A DNA stretch of 26,192 nucleotides from Octopus sinensis (Eukaryota): positions 1-26,192 of the forward strand of contig NW_021833319.1 in assembly GCF_006345805.1 (NCBI RefSeq), read 5' to 3'. The position numbers and the translations under genes are program-made. The notes under the pieces are model-generated. The model worked only from the letters and a program-made list of their open reading frames with translations. It made no database searches and was not told where the DNA came from. Positions 1-11,395 of the stretch are shown piece by piece; position 1 is the stretch's first letter, and every line of letters begins with the position of its first letter.

Positions 1-104
1 TAAGTTATTTTGACATTGAGTAAATTTGATTGGTCGCGTCTAGTGCTCGGTCGCGCGCTCGGCTCGCGACATAATACGTCACGATGAGGACGCAAACGTG
101 GGTA

Positions 105-245
105 GTAGAAAATATCCGCTGTACGACCAAGTTTCAACACAAAATATAAAGTAACAAACACTGACGGAGAGATGATCACCATTCTTGATGATGAAGAAAT
201 AGAAAACACCGTTCATATAAGCCGCGTAAAATTCCCTTTTCTGAC
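105..245 (+). pseudogene. Retroviral-type integrase C-terminal (SH3-like) fragment, frameshifted
   Basis: Reads RKYPLYDQVST/KYKVTNTDGEMITILDDEEIENTVHISRVKF. It parallels the 541-735 ORF (RKFPLYDGISAKKYTVTEKNG...IHMSIL) and resembles the Gypsy/Ginger integrase tail VHxSRxK. Confidence 0.45.
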
Positions 246-269
246 AATACTATTTGTCGAAGAATTAGT

Positions 270-358
270 ACAATTCCGTTTGATATTGAAGAAAAAGTGG
301 TATCTATAATGAAAAACAATTTATATTCATTGCAAATTGACGAATCAACTGACTATAC
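270..358 (+). mobile_element. hAT (Buster/Charlie-type) transposase scrap
   Basis: IPFDIEEKVVSIMKNNLYSLQIDESTDYT matches the SLQxDESTD first catalytic Asp motif of ZBED5/SCAND3-type hATs. Confidence 0.6.
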
Positions 359-359
359 T

Positions 360-735
360 ATAGTGGAACGTTTTAATCAAACGATAACAAGATCAATCGC
401 CAAACATTGAAGCGCTTTATCAATTCGAGGGAGATGACGAAAACGAGGAAATAGATTATAACGTCATTGAAAATCTCAAAAAAGCGGGAGAAAAAATGAG
501 TTAAAAAAGAAGATGGAAATTTGACGAAGAAGATATTGAAGTGAAAGACTCAGTAATTTTGAGAAACGACATCGATGCAAACAACAGAAAGTTCCCGTTA
601 TATGACGGAATATCTGCCAAAAAATATACCGTCACTGAAAAAAATGGTTATTTTTGTTCTATCAAAGATGAAGAAACCAACGAAGAACTTAAAAATATAC
701 ACATGTCAATATTATCGAAATCAAAAACTTACTGA
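360..735 (+). mobile_element. Degenerate integrase (rve core Glu motif plus C-terminal domain), Ginger/Gypsy-like
   Basis: IVERFNQTITRSIAKH at 360-407, followed after disruptions by the 541-735 ORF. Confidence 0.55.
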
Positions 736-1571
736 TTTTTTGATTTAAAAAAATAAAATTGAGCATTTTTTGGTTACTTTACGGGGGAATCCCGCATAGG
801 GATATTTTTAAAGTCCAATTGGTGATTTGCAAAACAAAGCTGTAGAAGAACTTCAAAGAATAATCAGATTGAGAATTCCGATTTTAAATATTGGTATCAC
901 AATGCCAGGACTGCAAATATTACCAGTTTTTTGATAAGCCACAAGATCGCAAAAAAGGAAAACCATTTGATAGACTCAACTAGACTCTAGTCGATAAATC
1001 AATAACAAGATTGTTTGAAGTTTATCGATAAATTGACAGAAGTACTTAAAAAATGTTATGTTTATAAAAATGAAGAAAATTTCAGGCAATTTTACAAAAT
1101 TGATGCCCCAAGTGGAGTTTATACTGTATATAAAAAACTTAGCTGGTCGTGGGAAAACGACAAGTATATGAAAAAGTACCAAAAAATGATTAAAAATTGA
1201 ATAAATAAATATTTCAAAAAATATTAGCGTTACAGAAATTTCAAAATGAGTAAAAGAAACAAATTATAGGAATAAATTCGAAAAATATCACAAAGTGATG
1301 AAATTTCAAATAATTTAATCATTAAAAGAAACTGCATCTCGAAATATTCCCACTAAATCCAATTATATAAAAAAATAAGAAAAGGGTTAATTATATAAAC
1401 ATCACCACAAGGTGAATCAACTGCGTGCTCACATGTGGAATAATTTATTAGGTTTACCATTAAAAATTAGGATAATTAAACAATAATTAATAAAAAATAA
1501 ACCATATTCTAATTACAACATTGCTATTCTGCCAATTACGGAAGGGATTGCAGAGTCAGACACTTGGTTAA

Positions 1572-1765
1572 TGTACCTATTGTATTAACATGGGATGGAA
1601 TAGATTTTCAACCTTCCAGATTTCGCAATTCCATACTCCCTGCACAACATAGTTTACTTGTCCTCATAAATAGTCACTATTTAGATTCGACCACACCTTG
1701 TCTCCTAGTGATCAACCATCTTCTTGACTGAGTTACAATGACTGCACATTATTCCAGCATTATAA
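1572..1765 (-). mobile_element. R4-like RLE non-LTR retrotransposon debris
   Basis: Minus strand reads CSHCNSVKKMVDH*ETRCGRI (the same CCHC knuckle as at 8410-8460). A + strand scrap VPIVLTWDGI lies at ~1574-1603. Confidence 0.6.
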
Positions 1766-3059
1766 AAAATAGAATACTTTTCTGTATGAAAAAGAGAGCC
1801 TTCACTGTTTTCGGTAAGTTTTTTCTATGCAATAATCAACTGGAAAATTAGCAACATCGACGCTTAGATCATTTAAAAAATCTGAGAGAGTTGCATGCAA
1901 TTGCTTGTTCTTTATTTGCTCAATCATAAAGTTCCTCTGCAATTCTCTCAGCATGTTCAAAAAAAGATTCCCATTTCATGAAATGTATATTTGCGCTTGA
2001 GGTATTCCGTGATTGTAAGCAAATAGACCACTCCCGGGCAACTATCAGACACGCCACCAACGAAGATTCTCATACTGGAGGACTGGTAAAAGTTTGATTT
2101 TTTATTCATAATGTATTGGTGATGCAAATATAAAAAGATGAAGTCGAAGGCTTGTTTAAAAAATAAAAAACGCTTCAGTTTAATAAATAATTTAAGATAG
2201 TTAATTTAAAACTTATTAATTGAATTTCACACAACCTGGATTGTTACTTTATAACATGTAAAAGAATTTCACTTGTCTTGAAAAAAATAGTTGATCCGGC
2301 AAGGAGTTGCGTAAAAATCGTAAATATCCCTTCCGCGAATGTTGACATGTCGCCCAGGCCGGCCACACTTTTTTTATAAAAAGAACAAGACAGAAAGAGA
2401 ACATGTTACCAAGAAACTAACTAATCTAAATGAAGTCATGTTTCTCTTCTGCTTCATTTTGTTTCCCCTCCCCATTTTTTTGTTGTGTGGCCGATTAAGA
2501 CATCCGGTTCCGCAGCGATAAAACTGATGACGGCGTCAGTCGTCAATCCGGGTGCATATTGGATACATTGATCCTTCAAGGAGTCTATTAGTCTAAATGA
2601 TGATGAGCCCTTTCTTTTAATACAATCCCGTCTTTCATTCAGCAAATTGGATTGTATAATTTGATGTCTCAGACAGTTTATGAATTTTTTGCTTTTATAT
2701 TATTTATAATTACGAAATGAACAGAAAAAGTAACTTTCTAGCAAAGTAAAATGGAAATTACATAATCCAACCAAAATAATCCGAGTAGGAATAAAGCAAA
2801 AAAAAACTTTAAAAGTCTATCAATTAAACATTCCATATGCCCATACGCGGAGCAGTTACTCCAGTTTAGGGATCGGTTTTTGATAATCAAGTTTTCTCAA
2901 TGTCGCTTTCACCCATTTGTTAATCGCCTTGCATACATAATTCTGAAAGTCACAAATAAAAATAATTAATAGTTATTCAGTTTTCGTTTTCGTAATTCTT
3001 AGTATTTTGTTACATCAACGTCACCCTCTTAGGGCTCACCTACGTTCAGTGAACGAATG

Positions 3060-3860
3060 TCCAGATTCATATCAACGCGAGTCTAGATTCAGTAGCTACC
3101 TTCTCAACAGACATTGAAAACCCGTGCCTTGTCTCGGCTTGCATGCTTTCTAAGGTCTTCCGCAACACCAGTGTCTGAATCTATGCCTTCGCCCTTTCTT
3201 CCACGACAAGCGCCTTCAGGCGGGTTTTAAAGAATTTTGACACAAATCCGTCCAAGGTCATAATGACAGAGACGATCTTCACTTTTGCGCGGTGGATCGC
3301 TTCCAGTTTTTTCGCCATCAAGTCGTATTCCACTTTGACTTGACTTGCCAAGTTGCAGTGACTGCATTTATTCTCTCCGTTATTGAAAAACAAATTTCGG
3401 TCTTGCAGTAGTGACAGGCTTGCTTCAGTTGGGGGAATTGTTTCCATGGGTTAACAACCCGCAAGCATAATTAACATCAACTTCAGTATTCTTTATGCAT
3501 TGAAACAAAATAGATTGGAAGGGCTTCTTTTCAATTTTTTCCCATAAATATTCACGTTGAATTTTCAGCAGGTCCGATACTGTCAATTCATATACATTTT
3601 CATTGTATTTTCAAGATAAGAATTCTACGGTAGTGGCCATATGTGTTTTCTTTGGATTAATGGACGCAGAATTTCTGTTCTTTTTAGGCAGTATTTCTAA
3701 TCACTATAAAATTGAAGAAGCATTCTTCCCGCTTTATTGCTAACTGACTCCAGGCTACTCCCAAATTCCTTTCTTAAAAGATAAAGTCTTTTTTGCCGGT
3801 TTCAAGTGGATATGACTGTCCATAAGAATTCGACCGATATTCTTATCAATCACTCTCCTT
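3060..3860 (-). mobile_element. Degenerate, internally deleted R4-like RLE retrotransposon
   Basis: HIHLKPAKRLYLLRKEFG ... THGNNSP ... LLQDRNLFF..KCSHC then jumps directly to EYDLMAKKL..KVKIVSVIMTLDGFVSKFFK..IQTLVLRKTLESM. Several stops are present. Confidence 0.8.
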
Positions 3861-4346
3861 GCTCAATCACTTCTATTGATTTTAACTTGTCCTGAAATAT
3901 AGGTTTTTTAATTAAATATTAGATTTTTTTTATGATATGAATACTGGAGTACATACTGTGATCAGTATTACGCCAAATATAGTCAAAATCAATTTGTTAG
4001 AAAATATCATTTTATTTTTTCCCCATTTTTTCTTGAATGTCAAATATGTAAGAAAGTCGTGACAAAGATCAGGAAATAAGGAAAGTTAAATTAATCAGAA
4101 ATTAATCGGCCAGCAAGCCGGATGGAACAGCTGTTCCCGCGCACAACGGCCAACAGGATCCTTTGGATTAGGAATGTAAATTCCCTAGGATCCTTGGAGC
4201 TTGAATGTTAACTTGAACTATATTTTTTAAAATCAATATTTTCGTAAAAAATACAAAGTAATTTATTTAATAAATAAAGTTTAATTATTATTAGCATATT
4301 GATTACTATTTAAATAATTAAAAAAGAAATTGTTTTGTGGACGCAC

Positions 4347-7300
4347 ATGACTGACCTCATAGGTATCCTGACCAGGGATTTAAACTCTCATAAAAATCAA
4401 CAAAAAGAAAGTCTGAGCACCTAATAACAGTAATCCAAATCTCCTAAATATAGTCGTGTGTAAACACAATAAAACTGCTTTCAGATATTAAACAAGATGA
4501 ATTTCTGATTAAAGCCATGCGAGAAAACTCAGTCCCCTTTCTTTCCCCCTTCTTCGAGGCAGTCAATTCGCGAATTCCCTCAGCCGTGAAAATCGGTCTG
4601 CAGTCGATCAGATACTGCACCACAAAGTCTGCCCTGGACAACGCAGTGACCAGACTTATTCTCAGGCAGGCGTGGACCACCTGGTCTCCCTCCTCTCCCT
4701 TCTTGCCAATAACGGAATCGAGGAACTCCGGGTCCTCCAGACGTGTTCTTCGCTGGTGGCAATGTACGAGCACATATCCTCGGATGTCCTCCGACGGTCA
4801 TTTCCCTCTGTTTCGGGGTTATTGGGTCACCAACACAAACCACGTGCATGGCCGGCCTGGCCGTGGTCAATCAGTTGGCCTCCTCTGTATTTGATCGTGC
4901 ACTGACATTGAACGACGACCCGTCCACTTCGCGGAGAGTGAGTGACTGTCCTCTCCCCCGGGACTCAACTCCTATGAGGGGGACACCTACATGTTCATTC
5001 AGGTCACTTTTGCCTATATTTCAGGACTTGTGTGCAGTGGCCGGAGGCGACAAATCCAAGTGGATTCAGAAAATGGGGGGCATGGCCCTTTCTATTGAAC
5101 TAATTATTTCAGTATTGAACAACAAGCTGTTTAGCACGGTTTGGGTGTCACATCATTCCAGAAAGAGGTCTTCCGAGACCTGGTTAGGACACAGGTCTGC
5201 TCGGTCGTCGTCCAACTCTTGTCCCACGGCCGTACATTCGAAAATCAATATCTGCACGTGTCTTTTTCGGCAAGACAACAATTGATGAAATTGGTATTCC
5301 TACTAGTCAGGACATTTGACTTTCTGGTTTGGACACGTTTTGATGTGGTAGGCACTGGAGAGTCATCTCATTGCCGGTCTCCTGTCTAAACTGGTCCTCA
5401 TGGGAGACCGGGACGTCTTCTTTTATTCTCTTGCCGCAGACACCCTGCAGGCTTTCTTGAGGACGCATTTGTTAGAAGGTTTGGTTGGCGAGAAAGTGGC
5501 AGGGCGGTGGAGTTGGAGGACAGTGAGAGGAGGTCCTGCTACTTTAAGGTCATCAAAGTGAGTCTGAGTACATATTCTGCTCTCTGCTGGAGTGAATCCA
5601 TTTTGTGGAGTCAAAATCACGGAATTGCGGAATTTTATGACCAGCTGGGATTCCGTGTCGGAAACGTGTTTTATCCTCTCATCAAACTGGTCTACACGGA
5701 CGGGTGTTCAGTGCACTGGTAGGTGACCCTCCTAATCGTCCAGTGTCAATATGGGGGAGGGGGAGGCACCCTCGGTTAGTCCTGCACACGTGCTGAATCT
5801 GATCTATGACCAGTTGGAGGACATGTTGGCAAACTGACCCTCTTTCTGGACACGTTGGGAGGTCGTCTGCTCATTTCTCTTGTGAAGGACCCCCCTTCGA
5901 GATTGTGTGGAATAAGATGTGTCTGATCCCCGGGCTATGCCGATATGTCAGGTTGGTGTGTTTGTCCATTTGCAGTGCTAAGGACGACCAGCTGCAAGTC
6001 CTGTCCCATATCGCCAGACTGGGCAAACTGAGTCACCACGAGGTAGAGGCACCCTTCATGTTAGGAGGACATGCAACTCCTTTTTGCTGCCTGGATTGGG
6101 GAGTTGTGTGGACTGTGTGCTGCCAAGGTCGATGTGTGGTGGAATATGGCCACCGACTGTCTTCTTCAACTCCTTTCCTTCTCTAACAAACGACTAAGGA
6201 CAGCCACTCTCGGTCTTGTCTCAGGACTTGTCATATTCGCTCTCGTCAAATCGTACAGTTCTTTTGATGGTGGCCATTCTATTGCATGTTGAAGTTACTC
6301 GGGTGGTCGCCTCCTTCCCCCACGACGAGGAGTGCAGACGAGTTCAACTGGATTGTATCAATTTGATATTATCAACATGTCCGACGGAGGGAGAAGTCTG
6401 GTCACTCTTATTGAACAGTCTGAGGGGAGTGTAATGGCCTGTTGTGACATGACAGTGATACCAAGAGGGCATTCAAGACTGTCCAGACAATATCCGAACG
6501 ACACTTGGAGTATATGTGTGTGGAAAATGTCCACATTCTCGCTGATTTGGTCGTCCAATTTGCCACGGGGAAGGTGGATTTGAACACGAGTCTGTCCTGC
6601 ATAGGATTACTGGTAGTGTAGTGGATTACTGGTAGTGGGGAATGTGCGACCAGATGTGTTCCAAGCACATGCATATGTTCTGTCACATATTCGCCAATCT
6701 GTCGGCCTGCTGCATGGATGAGAGATACTCCCTCCGTCGGTCTGCCGTCAACTCACTCTATTCGGCCATCACTGCTAACAACAAGTCCATCGAGGACTCC
6801 CAGTGGGTTACACTCCTCAAAGGTCTCTTCGACACACAGACCATGATTTGGGAGACTGTCCTCACTTCCATTACTCATTCGGAGTGGGTCGACACTTTTG
6901 TGCAATATTTTGACGGATTATCCCGCATATTCTCCCTCAGAATGCCTCTTCTCATCAAAGAGGGTATTTCCGTGCTCATTTCAGGTGTGTTTGACGGATT
7001 CTGGGACAAGTATCTCGACTTGGTGGTCAGGGGTTCACTTCACTCCTCTGAGACCTTGGCGTTGGCCGTTATTTTTTCTTTCTGTCATACTTTGGAGAGA
7101 TTCCCGAGCTCGGAGGAAATGGAGAGATCTTTGACCCTCAGTTGGAACAATTGGATATCCCTTGGCACGTACTTTGGCCTACTCCGATACACGGATCTAA
7201 AGGACAGTCCCAGTCTTACCTACAGTCAGGCACACTTGGCCACGTTTGCCCAAGCATTCGGCCTGATGCTACAAGTCATTCCTTTTTTAGAGTTGCCTTC

Positions 7301-8300
7301 TAATTTGCTTACGTGGCAGTTTGGATGACGGGAGAATCGGGTCATTTGTGAGGGTCAACTACGAGTTCTTGAGTGTCCCCGTCCTCGGCGAGTTTGCTTC
7401 CGTCGTTCAGTCAAAGTCCGTCAACTCACTTACTCAGCTGCAGAACGCTGTCGTCGAAAATTTAATGTTTTGTGTCAGGTTGTGCCAGTTCAGTTAATAG
7501 CAGAGGTTTGAGGTCCATTCCTCTTCTTTCCACGTGGAATTTGTTACACAATTACTCCAATTTATCACTCTGGGTCTCAATAACCCGGTTTTTGAGGACA
7601 CTCCACTCAAACTGGTGTCGGAGGGGGATTATGGCACGGTTAGACGACAGTGACTAATTCCAGGCGGATTTGGTGCATTTTGGACACGTTTGTTTATCCG
7701 TTAAAGTGGTCTCCATTCTCTCCGGACACTGCTCGGTTCTCCGTGGTGGGAAATTTGGGATAGACTGCTTCAAAAAGATAATCGAGGTTGATGTGATTGG
7801 TGAGTGGTAGACATTGGGGTACGTTGGATCGTGCAAATACGCCTGTTCCCCGAACTTGTGGAGAGCGGCGTTTCTGGCCTTGATTGAGGTGTTGGAATGG
7901 AATATGAGTGGTACTCCTCGTCCTTTCATCTTTGAGAGGAATATTTCTGTGAAATCGACATTGGGGACGTTTTTTCGAGGATTATCTTCAATTCGCGGTT
8001 GATTAGGTTGTTCTATTGCAGTGTCCCTTCTTCAATTTACCCAACCGAAGACCTCAGGATTGACGAGGATGTCGACTGCAGATTTGTTGCCTTCCTTCGA
8101 GTTCTTCTGAGCGAAAATTCCCACATGTTGGACGACTCGCTGATCTCTGTGATATTAGGTTGGCTGAAGAAGGGGTCCCTCCATCAGTCGGAAATTGACT
8201 GTATTGTCATATTAGTATCCCAGTGTGGACCATGCGAGACCTAGCGAGTTACTCCGCTCAAATTTGATATATTTTTCCACGTCTTTCTTGGTGGTCGCAC
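4347..8300 (+). CDS. MON2: MON2 (Sec7/BIG-related Golgi-endosome trafficking scaffold), multi-exon, C-terminus truncated
   Basis: Colinear MON2 motifs after splicing: PFFEAVNSRIPSAVKIGLQSI, NGIEELRVLQT, DTYMFIQ|DLCAV, SLSCIGLL|WGMCD, CMDERYSLRRSAVNSLYSAI, EWVDTFVQYFDGLSRIF, LTQLQNAV, CKYACSPNLWRAA, LKKGSLHQ. GT-AG introns of 20-28 nt include 4430-4453, 4646-4665, 5003-5024, 5139-5161, 5327-5351, 5479-5502, 5719-5743, 5862-5887, 6043-6064, 6431-6455, 6613-6635, 7292-7319 and 7639-7663. Several 1-nt homopolymer deletions must be corrected. Confidence 0.9.
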
Positions 8301-8302
8301 AC

Positions 8303-9117
8303 TTCTTCGCAATGGCTATCGAAAGGGAACAATGGTCTACGAAGCGAGGCATTGTACTGTCTTTTGCAAGATAGGAATTTGTTCTTTGCATACACGGGAT
8401 CACTATGCGTCCACTGCAAAAAAAGCAGGCAGACTGTTGACCATCTAGCCACGCGGTGTGTAGGATGCTAAACAGTGATTATTTCCGAAGACACAACGAA
8501 GTGGTAAAGTGTATTTATCACCACTTGTGTCGAATGTATAAAATTAAACGAAGTAGGAAATTGAAGGGACATTCGGTTGTGTCAATAATGTCGACCCAAA
8601 ATGTCGAAATCAGAGTTGACAATTCAACTGACAATTGCAGAGTTGACAATTGCAGAGTCATTATGACTGAAACGAAATTTCAATTCAATAAACCTGATAT
8701 TTTCGTTTATGACAAGAGGAAAAGAGAAATTCATTTAATCGAAGTGGGAGCTACCTCGCAAGACCGTTTAAAGCAATTTGAAGTGGAAAAATTTGACAAG
8801 TACGACCTGCTTGCAAACGAACTGTCGGTTCTCTATGAAGCAAAAGTGAAGATTATTTCAATTGTCTTGACATGGAATGGAGTTGTCTCAAGTTCTTTAA
8901 AAGTCATATGGACAAGTTATCCATTGAAGAAGGAACGAGGACATACATCCAGTCGGTTGTGCCGAAGAGGACTCTAGGGAGTATGCTTATCGAGCACAGA
9001 CATGGGATAAAGGTGGACAACGAGGAGTACGCCTCTGCCGCCAATCAACTTGCGGAGCTGGCATGTCGTGAGGACACTCAGCTAAACAATTACTTCGACA
9101 GAGAAATGAAAAAATGA
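8303..9117 (+). mobile_element. 3' part of an R4-like non-LTR retrotransposon (CCHC knuckle plus PD-(D/E)xK restriction-like endonuclease)
   Basis: SQWLSKGNNG..EALYCLLQDRNLFF..CVHCKKSRQTVDHLATRC..DYFRRHNEVV..KPDIFVYD..LIEVG..EKFDKYDLLANEL..IVLTWNGVV. One frameshift near 8890 and a short tandem duplication at 8611-8660. Confidence 0.85.
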
Positions 9118-9273
9118 TAAGAATTTTGTTGCAAACTCTTCTTCCAAGCGAAGAAGAGAAACCACTGACGATCTGGATTCTTAAATAATTTAAGATAGAA
9201 TTTACATAATTATTATTAACTTTCATTGTTAAAATTTGCTAATATAAATTATAATAATTTGATCGTATTTTCA

Positions 9274-10867
9274 ATGTCCAAAGTCGACTGCATCACTGAA
9301 AATATTAATTTAGATCTAAATGAGAAAGAAGGTCACAATATTCGCCAAAGAGTTGAGAAAGACGATTCCCCCACAGGGTTATCAGTCGATGAGATTTTGA
9401 CTCAGTCAAATACTCCATTCTGGAGAAGGGTAGTGCTTTTAAGATTATTTGTAGCTAAGATATGGTCTGCTGGCCTTGTTTGCATTGGTATTTGTCGCAT
9501 TGATTATATCCGTGGTTGTTTTGGTGACTACTAACCCTATCTGTACTGTTCCCTGGGATCAAAAATGGTACCAAAACTCCGTCATTTACCGAATTAATGT
9601 CAAATCTTTTTTTGACTCTGATAATGACGGAATTGGAGACTTAAAAGGTCAAACATTCAATTGACATTTCTAGGAATTATTCAAAAATTAGATTATCTTA
9701 GATCTCTTCATGTTGGTGCAATTTGGATCGAAGTTTTCAAAACAACCGATGTTTTTGAAAAAAATTTGGTCCCTACGTTGGAGCCGTATAAAGACCTGGC
9801 TATTTTAAGCAAAGCATTACGCCAATATGGTTTGAATTCACTATTCTAAATTGACAGACATTAATCTTCTAATTGACTTCAAAACAGAAAATATGGGCAA
9901 TGCTGATATGAAATCTGCATTGTTGAAAGTGGTGTATTACATCGACGGAATTGTTTTAGACGACCTTGATCCGAATTTATTTTCTTCCGTTTACCAAAAC
10001 TTGAAAAAAGTCCTTCCATCAGACAAGTAGTGATACATTAATAATTTTCAGGATAATTGCAATGCAGTTAAAAACTAACATGCAAGAGCACAAAGAGCTT
10101 GATTTAATTATTAATAAATTCGAATGCACAACCGTATCCCAATGCTCTCAAAACATCAAACAAGACGGGACTCGCTTTAGCACTAAACCTTACCGAGCTT
10201 ATACAGTCTAACCAATTATTTAAATCTGTTTAGATCAGTGATGAAACCAATTCACCCTCACGAAAAACTTAAGTTTACCAATGTTCTTCCAAGGGTGGTC
10301 AATCGTCATAAATTATGGAGACGAACTCCTCTCGGTACCAAGTAAGGATGTTTTTATTTAATAAAAGCTACTGTTATTCTCATGGATAGTCAGCCAATCA
10401 TGAATTGGAATGATGGAGCCGTAAGTAAAGGATTTAGCTCATCTCAAATAACTAATTTTGGATTTTCACGTAATTTCTTCATGCACGGCCTAAAAGTTGG
10501 AATTTGATAAAAATGTAAAGATTCAAACTGCTGCTGAAACTGAAATTAAAGGATTCTCAACCATTTCCTTTTATCTGGACATTTATAACCAAGATACATT
10601 CAAATGGGGAAGCTATAATGTGAATTCTGAAAACGATGTGATTATGTACACTGTGAAACGGGACGGATTTCAGTCATACTTTATTGCAGTTTCTTTAAAC
10701 AATCAATCAATATCAATGTTCTAACGTTGTTTTAACTGTAAAGGGATGTCGCGAAGATAACTCATGTTTCACATGGAATGATTATGAACATTGACGGGAC
10801 AAAAAATTCTGTGGAACTCAAAAATCTATTCATCGGAGCCGGGGATATATTATTAATAACTTACTAA
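9274..10867 (+). CDS. SLC3A: SLC3 family heavy chain of heteromeric amino-acid transporter (4F2hc/rBAT-like), ~461 aa
   Basis: GLSVDEI..TPFWRR|LRYGLL, single TM helix, NPIC (disulfide Cys), KWYQNSVIYRINVKSFFDSDNDGIGDLKG|IIQKLDYL, NYGDEL, PIMNW. Eight GT-AG introns: 9430-9454, 9648-9673, 9830-9857, 10027-10051, 10206-10233, 10342-10367, 10496-10520, 10718-10743. Needs one extra A in the A5 run at 10263-10267. Confidence 0.9.
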
Positions 10868-11115
10868 CTAGCTTTCCGAGGATTAATACCAAAATTTAAA
10901 AAATACTAATTCGTAATAACAAGAGAAACCATAAATTGCCTTAGATTTCTTTATTGTTCTTTTCATTGGCATGAGGTTATCGTTTAGAACTTTTGAAGAG
11001 CGCATATTAGTGACTTTCTAGAAGTCGATAATCCCACAAAAAACACAATTTGCTGTCCATAATTAAAGAATTAAGATTTAAATAGCACCAAAATAATTTA
11101 AACAAGTATGATTAG

Positions 11116-11395
11116 TTAAAGTAACTCAGTAAGAGGGGCCTCTTCGGTAAGGTACAAATCTTCTTCTTTTGCAAAGTCAGAAACAAGGATAGTTTGTAAA
11201 AAGATCGAAAAGCGTTCTGAGGTAATAGAAAATGAATTTACTTGAAAGTTCCTTATATTTTGAATTTTTTGAAATTCCTTTGACAGTAATAAAGTAAACT
11301 GGGGTTCCAGCCAGAATGATGAGGAAGGCTCCTCCACACCACTTTGGTTTGGAATAGAGTGTGATTGAAAGGAGATAGATTGAGACCATTATAAA
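11116..11395 (-). CDS. SLC7 LAT-type light chain, 3' fragment only (last two TM helices plus tail)
   Basis: FIMVSIYLLSITLYSKPKWCGGAFLIILAGTPVYF..ELS|KRFSIFLQTILV..* resembles LAT TM11-12 (P..GxxIILxGxPVYF) and the distal LQxL motif. A 25-nt GT-AG intron lies at 11217-11241. Similarity ends at the repeat junction at ~11395. Confidence 0.7.

Noticed and set aside
780-2950. Short ORFs and weak RT-like scraps (VIPIFK, PKLE)
   Set aside because: They are too short or degenerate to assign, apart from the R4-like piece listed.
4444-6686. Minus-strand ORFs over MON2
   Set aside because: These are shadow ORFs of GC-rich coding sequence. The + strand spliced model explains the region.
9476-9849. Bacterial alpha-glucosidase (HGT)
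   Set aside because: The N-terminal TM helix, Cys, introns and shortened barrel fit an animal SLC3 protein.
10255-10275. Programmed -1 ribosomal frameshift in SLC3
   Set aside because: There is no canonical slippery heptamer in frame, and the same one-base-short pattern recurs in MON2, pointing to consensus error.
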